From the NCBI GenBank assembly GCA_009914755.4, contig CP086569.2, forward strand, positions 15,456,001-15,520,000: 64,000 nt of DNA, written 5' to 3'. Below, one piece after another: positions 32,139 through 43,018 of this stretch. Origin of the DNA: the human T2T-CHM13v2.0 reference genome, Homo sapiens. The position numbers were made by a program, and so were the translations under genes. Each line of letters starts with the position of its first letter. Position 1 is the stretch's first letter. Under the pieces are notes generated by a model that saw nothing but the letters and a program-made list of their open reading frames with translations, was not told the DNA's origin and did not search any database.

Positions 32139-32789
32139 GCCCATTGTGTATGGCCCATGGCACCATTCCAGCTTAATTGTTCCAATTCCTCCTGTTTCTC
32201 TGACTGCACATGAGGTTAAATTAAATATAATTTTCTCAGTTTGCATTTCCCAGGCAGTCATCCTAAGTGGCTTCTTGAAGGCGGTCTGTGCATTCCGCTA
32301 TCTAATTCTGTGATGTCCTTTAACTCGAGGGCCAGTGACATGATTATCAGCTCTAGAAGTTCATTCTGTGGTCAGAGATGCTTGTGCAGTGGCCATTTTC
32401 TTTCATTATGATCTGGCCTTTCCCAAGCTTCAGAAGTGAAGAGAATTGACTTTCCTACTAATGAGCATTGGCACTTAGGAAGTGAATACTTTATCTTTTG
32501 CAGCTAGTGTGTTCTACATTTCTTCAGTGTACCTCCTGCCTGGTAAATATCAGATTATTTGTTGACCATCTCTCAGGGTATAGTTCTTTGTGTTATTAAA
32601 TGAGAACCTAGTGGCTTACAAAGCATTGGCTTTTGAGGAGCCACTTTTATCCTAGATGATAACTCAAATCCATACAGTGCTGATATTTACAGCTGGGAGA
32701 TGACATTGTCTTATCTTTGGGTCTATTGCTCAAATTTCTGATTTCAGCAGGACTTACTCACTGGCTGCCTTCTGTCTTGGGGATGCCTT

Positions 32790-32982
32790 TGATCTGTCTT
32801 GCCTTGGGGGACCCTCCCTCTGACCTGGATTAGCAGCCTATTTCCACAAGAATGGACCCTCTGAGAGAGGACAGTCTTCGTACTGGCTCTTCCGATTTTC
32901 CTTTATCTGTTATGGGTTTTGGGTTTATAAATTTACTCTTAGAATGTCCTTAAAGCTAATAATTTTTTAACGTTCTTTAGCA
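32790..32982. repeat. Right arm of the inverted repeat pair
   Basis: See 31955-32138. Confidence 0.7.
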
Positions 32983-33004
32983 TATTACTAAAAGCTATTC
33001 ATCT

Positions 33005-33365
33005 GCTTGAGAGACTGAGGAAGGAGTGTTGCTTGAGCCTGAAAGATTGAGGCTGCAGTGAGCTGTGATCCTGCCACTGCACTCCAGTCTGGGTGACAGA
33101 GAAAGACCTTGTCTCAAAAAAATAAAAAGGACAGGTACAATAGCTCATGCATGTAATCCCAGTACTTTGAGGGGCTGAGGCAGGAGGATTGCTTTAGGCC
33201 AGAGTTCTAGACCAGCCTGCAACATAGGGAGATCCATCTCTTCAAAACATAAAAAATTAATTAGACATGATGGCACATGCCTGTAGTCCCAGCTTCTTGA
33301 GGGGTTGAGACCAGCAGGAGGATTTCTAGGGCCTAGGAGTTCCAGGATGCAATGAGCAATACTTA
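33005..33365 (+). mobile_element. Alu-derived fragments (right-arm fragment 33005-33125 followed by a divergent Alu/old-Alu copy 33128-33365)
   Basis: ..gcttgagcctgaaagattgaggctgcagtgagctgtgatcctgccactgcactccagtctgggtgacagagaaagaccttgtctcaaaaaaataaaaagg then acaggtacaatagctcatgcatgtaatcccagtactttgaggggctgaggcaggagg..gacatgatggcacatgcctgtagtcccagcttcttgagggg. Confidence 0.65.
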
Positions 33366-34784
33366 TGTGGTTAATACATATTGAAACCAGTTGTTGGAGA
33401 ATTAGTATGTGTTCTCCCACAAATTCAGTATGTTTTTGTAATGGTCCAACTAATTCAAATGGTATAAACATAATATAAGCAAATTATTTTATGTTGTTTG
33501 TTTAAAAACCTTTTTGACTGAATCAGTCTATGACGCTTTAGTATTTGAAGTTGTGGGCAGAACTTAGTCTTAAGATAGCACTCACCTTGGTGATAGATTT
33601 CCATGGAGGGAATTTTTGCCAGATGTTAATTTAGCCTGAAGATGTTATAGATGTGGACAGTCACGCCCTCTAAGTCTGGGGTGGGCTAATTGAAAAGAAC
33701 ATGCAGGAACCAGGCTTGTTAAGGGATAAACATAGGGGAAATGGAACAATTATGGCAGAGATTGAATTGGGTTTAATTGGGTTAGGAAGAGTGAAAGAAT
33801 AGATTTTAATAAGAGGTCTGGAAATAGCCAAGAAACCCACTTATTGTAGAAAATGTGTGACATCTGATTACCGTAGTGAAAGAAAGATCCCCCTTCAAAA
33901 ATCCTATCTATACAGAAAGAAGTGGTAGGTAAAAGGAAATCTTCCCATGGATGTATTTAAGAAAAACAGTGGGGAGGTCTGAGATTTCAAAGGGCCATGG
34001 TTCAGATTATAATTCAAAAGAGAGGCAAGTGATAGTTCCCCTCTTCTTGGGTTTCAGGAAGGGGGAAGATTTGGCCACTTGTGAAATAATTTTGGAGCTT
34101 CTATAACCTTGAGCCTTTCTTCTTATTTTTTCCTGGACTTGAGACATAAGGGGATTGATAAGATGGGACCAGAGAAAAAGCAGGTTTTGAAATGCCTTTT
34201 TTGATTCTGTTCATTTCTGGAATTCTTCATCATGGTCCTTAAAGAGTACATATTTGTTCCTGATACACAACATGCAGTGGTCTATTAATGAAGCTTTATT
34301 TCCTCAGCTAGGTTGCCTCCTCCATTAATTTGTGGGATTTTAGATGAAAACTTACTTGAACTGTGGTTTTCTCTGTGTTTGTGAATGGAAGGACATGTTT
34401 GTCTTTGACCTTCCTTTAGTTTCACATCTTAGTCTTAATATTTAAGTAGCTTTGTTTCAGACAGAGAAGGACCATGCGTTCAGTTGCTGGGACTGCTCTC
34501 TAGGTTAGAGGCTTTCTGGTCTTGGGGAAGATTCCCCACAAACTAAGCAAGTGGCATAGATGCTTAATATTCTAAGTGAGAGAAGCACTAGAGTTTTTTA
34601 TTCATTACTTGTGAGCGCAGATGTGGCCTCTGGGGAAGCTCAGCTGAGGTGGTCTCATGTTCCACCAAAGGTCACCAGAGAGAGATGGCCAGGAAGACAG
34701 GAAGACTTGTCTCACCTGGGAGGGTATGGCAACAGCTATGCAAGACCTCTTGTTGGAGATATGTGACATTCATTCATTTATTTA

Positions 34785-35068
34785 TTTTTTGAAACATAGT
34801 TTCATTCTTTCACCCAGGCTGAAGTACAGTGGCACGATCAGGGCTCACTGCAACTTCCCTGTCTCGAGCTCAAGCCATTCTCCCACCTCAGCCTCCTGAG
34901 TAGCTAGGACAGCAGGCAGGTACCACTCTGTCCAGGTAATTTTTAAAATCTTTTTAGAAACAAGGTATTGCCATGTTGCCCAGGCTGGTCTGGAACTCCT
35001 AGGCTCCACTCCCGCATTGGCCTCCAAAAGTGCTGGTATTGCAGGGATGAGCCTTGGTGCCTGGCCCA
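34785..35068 (-). mobile_element. Alu element (antisense)
   Basis: tttatttattttttgaaacatagtttcattctttcacccaggctgaagtacagtggcacgatc..gcctcctgagtagctaggacagcaggcaggtaccac..gcctccaaaagtgctggtattgcagggatgagccttggtgcctggcc. Confidence 0.9.
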
Positions 35069-35466
35069 TTTATTCTTAAGTACTTATGCTCAGGGCAGGT
35101 CTTCCAAGGGAAGAAAAGAACAGCCAGATAAGACTCGTATGAGATAGCTGAGGAGGCGGCATTTCATCCTTCTATGCATATCCTCCTTATCCACAAGCAG
35201 AATGCTGTCCTACAACCATTGCTGTCCCCATTAGGTCATGATAGGTAGACATGCAGGTGATGACCACAGACTGGCAGTTAGCCAAGGATTCTCAGTGTTG
35301 CACGTTGCATGGGTGAGTGTGTGTGACGGATGCCTCTGGCAGTTTGGTGGAAAATTGGTACGTTTTGTAAAAATGATATGTTTAAGTCTTCTAATAAGGT
35401 AAATACTCATAAGAGGAAGTCAGTTTTATTGAAATAGTTAGCACATATATTAATATTAATATTTAA

Positions 35467-35612
35467 GGCCAGGTGCATTGACTCATTCTTGTAAATCCCA
35501 GCATTTGGGGATGCTGAGGTGAGAAGATCTCTTGAGGCCAGGAGTTCAAGTTGCCAGCCTGGACAACAAAGGGAGACTATTTCTACAAACAATAAAATAA
35601 AAAAAAATAAAA
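35467..35612 (+). mobile_element. Alu monomer-like fragment (FLAM/FRAM-like or truncated left arm) with A-rich tail
   Basis: ggccaggtgcattgactcattcttgtaaatcccagcatttggggatgctgaggtgagaagatctcttgaggccaggagttcaagttgccagcctggacaacaaagggagactatttctacaaacaataaaataaaaaaaaataaaag. Confidence 0.6.
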
Positions 35613-37192
35613 GATATATTTAAACTGGGCTGTAGTAATACATGTGTATCTTTATTGTATATTAAGTAGCTGGATCTACTTATGAGGTTCATACTAGTCA
35701 CAATTTCTTAGTACAATTGAGTTTAAACAATATTTTGGGGTATTTGTCCTACCAACATTGATAATGGAAGAAAATACTAAATTTCAGTGCACGGTAATGA
35801 AACTAAACATGTAATTCCTTTTTCCCATTGCAGTTAGTAGAACCCATAGAATGTATCTAAAGACACCTAGGTGGCAAAAGGTAAATGCTTGAGGGTATGA
35901 TACCCCATTCTCCATGATGTGATTGCATACCTGTATCAAAATATCTCATGTACCTCATAAATATATATACATGCTGTGTACCCACAAAAATAAATAAAGA
36001 GGAAACTTGGATGGGATTGGGATTTTTGATGTTAGGGTGGAGAACGTCTGCATTGAGGATTGTGTAGAGGGAAGAGTTTTGATTTATTATACCCGTTTCT
36101 TTAAAAAAACAAAACAAAACCAAAAAAAACCTGCATGTGATGTGAGGAATTTTGCCAGAGGTGGGGAACGTGAAACTCACTAGTTGAAAACATTCTATAC
36201 TGAGGTAATTTTTTTATGTCAAAAAGAAAGTGAAGAGTGTGGCAGATTAAAATCTTCATGTTATTTGCATTTTACAAGCTTGGAAGTCTCAATATCAATT
36301 ATTATTGACTGCTATTTACTGCAATTTTTGACACAAAACATACTTCATTTTAATGAACTTTGCCTTGTTTGAATGTTCGTAAGACTTTGGAGGGAGTTTT
36401 AGAAAGAGATAGTTGCCTTTGATCCCTGAAGTATATTATTTGGTCTATCCTGATTCTGTCTCTTGACTTTGCACTTGTCTTTCCTGAACTCTGTTTAAAA
36501 GAAGCTTTTTTTTATGCCTCTTTTCTTCCTTCCTATTCTAATATGAGATACAGAGGTTTTTATGGGTAACATCTTGTCTATATGCCAGATTGTGGAAGCC
36601 TTGGTTGTTACCCAGGGATGGAAGGTCTGATCTCAGTTAAGTTCTGACCCTAGGATAAGAAGCCCCTCTGGAGTAACTGACTCAGTGGGGTAGAGCCTAT
36701 TTTCACAAATTAATATTCCTGTCTGGGGATGGCAGTGAAAACATTTTGGGCAGTGGGTGGAAATGATAATGTTCAAGCCTGAAGATGAAGTTTGCCTTTT
36801 CTCGGAGCTTGTACAGTGTCATACTCCGGAAATAAACTGTGTGGGAAAGGTGGTGTTTAGTAACCTAGAGCTGTACACCTTGCAAGGCCCTCATCTTGTC
36901 ATTCTGCACTGTAAGAAGCACATGAAGAAAGAGTGTAGGCTGTCAGAGAGAGCGTCACACTGAAGTAGGCACTTCTTACATACAGCTGTCTGCCTAAAAT
37001 AGAGTAACTTTAGCAAATAGGATCTGTGATATAGAAATTGGAAACTCTAGCCAGGGTTGTGAAAAATGGAGCTGGGGTCACAGGTGGTGGACTGGAAAAC
37101 GTTCTGAAGAAACTCAGCTTTTTGGATATTGTACAGTTCATTAGGGGAGCTATGAGAAGCAGTTATGAAGCTCCTTATGAACGAAACGTAGA

Positions 37193-37500
37193 GGCCGGGT
37201 GCATTGGCTCACACCTGTAATCCCAGCGCTTTCGGAGGCTGAGGCGGGCAGATCATGAGGTCAGGTGATTGAGACCATCCTGGCCAACATGGTGAAGCCC
37301 CGGCTCTACTAAAAACACAAAAATTAGCTGGGAGTGGTGTTGCATGCCTGTAATCACAGCTACACAGAAGGCTGAGGCAGGAGAATCGCTTGAACCAGGG
37401 AGTTAGTAGTTGCAGTGAACCGAGATCACACCACTGCATTCCAGCCTAGCAACAGAGGAAATCTCTGTCTTAAAAAAAGAAACAAAGAAACAAAAACAAA
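37193..37500 (+). mobile_element. Alu element (sense)
   Basis: ggccgggtgcattggctcacacctgtaatcccagcgctttcggaggctgaggcgggcagatcatgaggtcagg..gcctgtaatcacagctacacagaaggctgaggcaggagaatcgcttgaacc..agcctagcaacagaggaaatctctgtcttaaaaaaagaaac. Confidence 0.9.
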
Positions 37501-38833
37501 GAAAGAGACATAGAAACATACCCATCAGTGTTACTCAGGAGGGTTCTGGTTCCTGTTTTGCACTTGGCAGTACACACTTGTTCTTGTCCACATTATCCTC
37601 CATCTGTCCACATGATCAACCATCTGCAGTCCCACCACCAGCCAAGGGTCGTGCCAGGTCAGAAGTACTACTCCAGGTCAAACTGTGTTATTTTGAAATG
37701 GAGTTATTTGTTATTGTTGTTCTTACTCAAACTAGCAGTTTTCCTTTGTAGAAGAACTCGGTTTCCACTCTGGGTTAAATATTTCGTTTATGTGATCAAG
37801 ATTATCTCTGTCCATCAGATACAGCAGTGAGAAACCCTTTTATAGGAAATGGGGTTAAAAGTGACAGGATATCTATAATTGTTTATTTTGTTTGCTAAAT
37901 TGCAGGTAAATATATTCGCAGAACTAGTTTTGATAACCTTTTTAAAAATAGGCTTATTTGACGTTGGCTGAAACTAAGACTCTAGAACTTTACTGCTACA
38001 TCAATGAATGACAAGTCTCTCTATTCAGCATGAAATCCCTGCAGACAAAAACCACAGGGACTACATCATGAAGGCTATGAGAATTTTATGGTGGAAACCT
38101 GAGTGAAGCAGGTGGTAGAAGAATCTAATGTAGTACCATGCCCACAGGAGATGATCTAAGAATGCCCTCACACCTAACCTTGCAAGTTTTCTACCTTCTG
38201 TGTCTTGGTTTCCTCTAATTTCTTTGTCTCTTTTCTCCCTTTTAATTTAATAGGGTTTGCTGAAGACTTTCTCTCTTCCAAGGTCAAGTGTTAGTCATCT
38301 CTGGGCTTTGCCGTTAGATACTCATCATAGTCTAACAATGAATGTAAGCACTGAGGAAGTAAGTAATGGTGACAATGTGGATGTTCCTTTTGGTATCATT
38401 TTTCTCATGCTCTGTAAATCTTGGTGGTCTCATATTCATATTATTGAATACCAATGCTTAACCCCTCTCTGCCGTCTTTACAGAAGTCCCCTGGTCTACC
38501 TCTCTCTACGTGTCTAAAATTGTAGAATTGTCTTCTAGACACTCTATTGCAAATTCCCTTCTGCACAAGCCCAACATTTCACAGAAGGAGCAGGTGGGGG
38601 GCAATGAAAGAGAGCATGGCTCAATTGTAGCAATTGAAAGGCAAGCTTTGTCTCATCAGCTGCAGTGTTTACTACTTGAGGATGGGAATTTGATTGGTGT
38701 ATCTTTACATTTTATCAAAGTGGGTTTCACCATGGAAGCATTCAGTGGTACCTCAGTGAATAATTATAATTAGCTAGGATTTCTTTGGAGGATATTTATT
38801 GTTCTAAATTTGTATATATTTATATGTACATAC

Positions 38834-39214
38834 TGTATTAGTTCATTTTCATGCTGCTGATAAAGACATAACTGAGACTGGGTAATTTATAAAGTAAAAG
38901 AGGTTTAATAAACTCATAGTTCTTTGTGGTTGGGAGGCCTCACAGTCCTGGCAAAAGGCAAGGGAAGAACAAAGGCACATCTTACATGGCAACAGGCAAA
39001 AAGAGAGAGCTTGTGCAGGGGAACTCCTCTTTAAAAAACCATCAGATCTTGTGACCTCATAGTTCACATGAGAACATGACAATGAATAAGTCATGGGTGG
39101 AAACTGCCCCCATGTTTCAATTATCTCCCACTGGGTCCCTCCCCTTACATGTGGGAATTATGAGAGCTACAATTCTAGATGAGATTTGTGTGGAGACACA
39201 GCCAAACCATGTCA
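38834..39214 (-). mobile_element. MaLR solo LTR (THE1-like), antisense, ending 115 bp before the provirus
   Basis: tgtattagttcattttcatgctgctgataaagacataactgagactgggtaatttataaagtaaaagaggtttaataaactcatag..gggaattatgagagctacaattctagatgagatttgtgtggagacacagccaaaccatgtca is the reverse complement of the THE1 consensus (TGA.ATGGTTTGGCTGTGTCCCCACCCAAATCTCATCT..GGACTAATACA). Confidence 0.8.
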
Positions 39215-39324
39215 CATACATATGCATATCTTTATGTAGGGGATCTTTATGTAAGGTATGTGAATACAGGTGTGTATATTCATATACTCTTGTACTTTCT
39301 CAAACACATACCATAGAATGTGTA

Positions 39325-39328
39325 ATAA
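39325..39328. repeat. 4-bp target-site duplication ATAA (left copy)
   Basis: ..gtaATAA|tgtgtctgg at the left, ..cacctctca|ATAAtatcc at the right (49409-49412). Confidence 0.55.
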
Positions 39329-40994
39329 TGTGTCTGGAATTGGTGGGTTCTTGGTCTCACTGACTTCAAGAATGAAGCTGCGGACCCTCGCGGTGAGTGT
39401 TATAGCTCTTAAGGTGGCGCGTCTGGAGTCTGTCCCTTCTGATGTTCAGATGTGTTCAGAGTTTCTTCCTTCTGGTGGGTTCGTGGTCTCGCTGGCTCAG
39501 GAGTGAAGCTGCAGACCTTCGCGGTGAGTGTTACAGCTCTTAAGATAGTGCATCTGGAGTTGTTCATTACTCCTGGTGGGCTCGTGGTCTTGCTGGGCTC
39601 AGGAGTGAAGCTGCAGATCTTCACAGTGAGTGTTACAGCTCATAAAAGCAGCGTGGACCCAAAGAGTGAGCAGTAGCAAGATTTATTGCAAAGAGCAAAA
39701 GAGCAAAGCTTCCACAGTGTGGAAGGGGACCCGAGTGGGTTGCCAATGCTGGCTCAGGCAGCCTGCTTTTATTCTCTTATCTGGCCCCACCCACATCCTG
39801 CTAATTGTAGAGCCGAGTGGCCTGTTTTGTCAGGGCGCTGATTGGTGCATTTACAGTGCCTGAGCTAGATACAAAGGTTCTCCATGTCCCCATCAGATTA
39901 GTTAGATACAGAGTTTCGACACACAGGTTCTCCAAGGCCCCACCAGAGCAGCTAGATACAGAGTGTCGATTGGTTCATTCACAAACCTTGAGCTAAACAC
40001 AGGGTGCTGATTGGTGTATTTACAATCCTCGAGCTAGATACAGAGTGCCGATTGGTGTATTTACAATCCCTGAGCTAGACATAAAGGTTCTCCACGTCCT
40101 CACCAGAGCAGCTAGATACAGAGTGTCGACTGGTGCACTCACAAACCTTGAGCTAAACACAGGGTGCTGATTGGTGTATTTACAATCCCTGAGCTAGATA
40201 TAAAGACTCTCCACGTCCTCACAAGAGCAGCTAGATACAGTGTCGATTGGTGCACTCACAAACCTTGAGCTAAACACAGGGTGCTGACTGATGTATTTAC
40301 AATCCCTGAGCTACATATAAAGATTCTCCACGTCCCCACCAGACTCAGGAACCCAGCTGGCTTCACCTAGTGGATCCCACACCGAGGCTGCAGGTGGAGC
40401 TCCCTGCCAGTCCTGCACCATGCGCTCACATTCCTCAGCCCTTGGGTGGTCGATGGGACTAGGCGCTGTGGAGCATGGGGTGGTGCTCCTTGGGGAGGCT
40501 CGGGCCGCACAGGAGCCCATGGAGTGGGTGGGAGGCTCAGACATGGTGGGCTGCAGGTCCTGAGCCCTGCCGCATGGGAAGGCAGCTGAGGCCCAGCTAG
40601 AAATTGAGTGCAGCGCCAGTGGGCCAGCACTGCTGGGGGACTCAGTACACCCTCTGCTGCCACTGGCCCGAGTGCTAAGTCCCCCATTGCCCGGGGCCAG
40701 CAGCGCTGGCCGGCTGCTCCGAGTGCGGGGCCCGCCAAGCCCACGCCCACCCGGAACTCCAGCTGGCCCACAAGTGCTGCACGCAGCCCCAGTTCCTGCT
40801 CACTCCTCTCCCTCCACACCTCCCTGCAAGCTGAAGGAGTGGGCTCCAGCCTTGGCCAGCCCAGAAAAGGGCTCCCACAGTGCAGTGGAGGGGCTGAAGG
40901 GCCCCTCAAATGCCACCAAAGTGGGAGCCCAGGCAGGGGAGGTGACGAGAGCCAGCGAGGGCTCTGAGGACTGCCAGCATGCTGTCACCTCTCA
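39329..40994 (-). mobile_element. 3' LTR of the provirus (LTR12-type), 1666 bp
   Basis: Plus strand begins tgtgtctggaattggtgggttcttggtctcactgacttcaagaatgaagctgcggaccctcgcggtgag and ends ..gactgccagcatgctgtcacctctca. It contains tttattgc at 39681 (AATAAA on the minus strand), tandem ~40/100-bp units with gattggtg (CCAAT on minus) at ~39860-40340, then a GC-rich segment 40340-40990. Confidence 0.85.
39681..39686 (-). terminator. AATAAA polyadenylation signal of the 3' LTR (R region)
   Basis: Plus strand tttatt in ..agcaagatttattgcaaagagc. Equivalent motif in the 5' LTR at 47937-47942. Confidence 0.6.
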
Positions 40995-40995
40995 A

Positions 40996-41008
40996 TCCCC
41001 CCTCTAAA
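40996..41008 (-). promoter_or_regulatory. Polypurine tract (minus strand ..TTTAGAGGGGGGAT) immediately upstream of the 3' LTR
   Basis: Plus strand atcccccctctaaa directly after the LTR end ..cacctctca. Confidence 0.6.
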
Positions 41009-42860
41009 CAGGACACCCCAACTGCTGTTGGGAATTTGGCCAATGACCGCTTTGGCTACTTCCTGCTGCATAGGGGTGAAGAAGGGGCCCTGAAGTTGTG
41101 GTATCCTTCAGAGGGGAACTCTCTAGGCCAGGGGAAGTGCCAGCAAGTCGGTCCAGGGGTCCTCGGTAGAAGTTGTTAGTTGAACTCATTTGGGGTTCCA
41201 TTTGTAAGACCATCTGTAGCTTGATGGCCTCAATTCTAGAGGAAACAAACTTGACAAGAAGGTTAAAAATACAGGGCCCAAAGGCGAGTAACAGCAAGAT
41301 GGCTGCCACAGGACCTAGAAAGGGGAGAAGCCATGTTGCCCAACTCCAGAGGTTGGTATAAGAATTTGAAAGGCGTTGTCTGATTTCAGAAGCCTTTTCC
41401 AGTAAACGCCGGGCAGCATCTCGTACTATCCCTGATTAGTTAGTGTAAAAACAACACTCTTCCCCTAAGAAGGTGCAGAGTCCTCCTTTCTCAGCAGTGA
41501 GGCAGTCTAGACCTCGGCGGTTTTGGAGAGTCACTGCTGCCAAAGAGTCTATTTGGGATTGTAAAGTAAGAAGATTTTGTTATTTCTTGCAAACTATCTG
41601 ACAAATCGTTTGAGAGTGTGTGGTAGTAGGATAATGAAGTTGATAGACCAGCTATTCTGGTTCCTGTAGCAGTAGCCATTCCTAACACTATAAGTAGGGG
41701 TATTAGTTGTACGGCTCTGCGCTGACGGACTTGAGCTTTGAGGGGTACTGATAAGGTCTGATTTCCTGGGACAATGTTAATGTTAGGACTTAGAAAGACT
41801 AAGGTGCATGTGCCTGTCCAGTTAGTGGGGAGGCAGATATAGGTTGACATTCCACATAAGAAGAATATGCCTTGGCTGGGTAGACAGAACTGGTTATGTA
41901 TGTTAAAAAAGGTGTGTGAGTTTGTTGTTTTCATTTTCCCATACTCCTAGAGTACTTGCCAAGGTACCTCCAGTGAGCAGCTGGAAAGGGGTGTTGGGAG
42001 AAAACTGAGTGGCTCCCTGTGTTCTATTTTCCCATCGGAGAAAAAAATGTTTTGTATCCACTAGGAACCATCTGATAGAGTGATTGAAAGAGGGGATGAG
42101 AAGGCATTCACTAGTGGTAGGGGCGCTGTTGCAGGGAGTCCAGGGGTGATTGGTCATGCAGGGAGTATGTTTGCCATTGCAAAACCTGGACTGTTTGTTC
42201 ACCAGGGAGGAGGTGATGATTTTGGGGGGCACTGAGAAGCAGAGAAGGCATCAGAATGGAGCTGTTTGGGTGACTCAAAAGTTACTATGATCATTTGGAG
42301 CTTGAAGTTGTAAGGTGTAATTACACTGATGCGTTGGTAGGTGCCGCAGAGGCAGGCCTGATAACAGGTTGCATTGGATGCATAAAGGGGCTTGGAAAGT
42401 TAAGATAGTGTTCGTGGTTACAAGGCTTTTCATTGCTTGTGTAATAGGTGAGGTTGGAAATGTAAGAACATAAAATTTGGGTTGCACGTCCTGTTAGGGT
42501 ACTTTTGGTCCCATCAGATATTGGGAAGTCAGCCAATGATTGCATATTTAGAAGTTGGAAAGGGTCTTTTCCTTCGTAACGAGGGTGGAAGGTCAAGTTG
42601 GTAAAGACCCAGTTTTTTGCAGGAATGGGAGTGGCAACGTAGGCAGAGGTTGATAGAGAGATACACAGCCAACAGTCATTTGCCAGGGAAGTATTGGACT
42701 GGTTTAACAGAGTGTGAGTTAAGTTGAGAGTCTTGTAGAGGTAATTAGGAGCTAGTGAAAGGGGAGGGGTGATTGTATGAGGTTTCCAAGGAAGCAGGAG
42801 GGATACACAGGCAAAGAGCAAATAGGAAGGTAAAGAGGGTGCTCCAGAAAATGAGATCAT
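41004..42860 (-). pseudogene. env: env remnant: signal peptide + SU with CWLC motif (42860..42321), SU C-terminus (42232..41903), furin-type cleavage site RQRR + fusion peptide + TM ectodomain (41934..41491), membrane anchor/cytoplasmic tail (41309..41004). Disrupted by frameshifts.
   Basis: ..LANDCWLCISLSTSAYV.. ; ..QVRQRRAVQLIPLLIVLGMATATGTRIAGLSTSLSYYHTLSNDLSDSLQEI.. ; ..LLLLAFGPCIFNLLVKFVSSRIEAIKLQMVLQ.. resemble HERV-W/HERV9 Env (syncytin-1-like TM) as I recall it. Confidence 0.8.
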
Positions 42861-43018
42861 TTTATCTAGTCTGAGTTAGAGGTAGGAGTAAATTACTGTC
42901 AAAAGGAAGGAAGATAGAAAGGAGGTTGATGTGATTAGGATTTTCATTCTGGCAGGAGCTAGAGTATATTGTCCTATCACAAAGAGTATGGTTAGTGTGC
43001 TGTTTTCACTTATCTTTT

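Noticed and set aside
35880-36000. Possible additional MaLR/L1 fragment (..tatcaaaatatctcatgtacctcataaatatatatacatgctgtgtacccacaaaaataaataa)
   Set aside because: The resemblance is too short and vague to call from memory. Left unannotated.
40367-40909. 180-aa ORF (minus) and overlapping 119/111-aa ORFs (plus). Similar 198-aa and 167-aa ORFs at 48860-49456.
   Set aside because: They lie in the GC-rich part of the two LTR12-type LTRs. Stop codons are rare in GC-rich DNA. The peptides are Pro/Ala/Gly/Ser low-complexity, occur in both LTR copies on both strands and in several frames, and have no start context. These are LTR sequence, not genes.
39329-40994. Possible SVA element (the gggttcgtggtctcgctggctcaggagtgaagctgcagacc repeats superficially resemble SVA/LTR-derived VNTR-like sequence)
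   Set aside because: There is no CCCTCT hexamer array, no Alu-like region and no SINE-R/HERV-K LTR tail. The sequence occurs as two direct copies flanking retroviral genes with PBS and PPT, so it is an ERV LTR pair.
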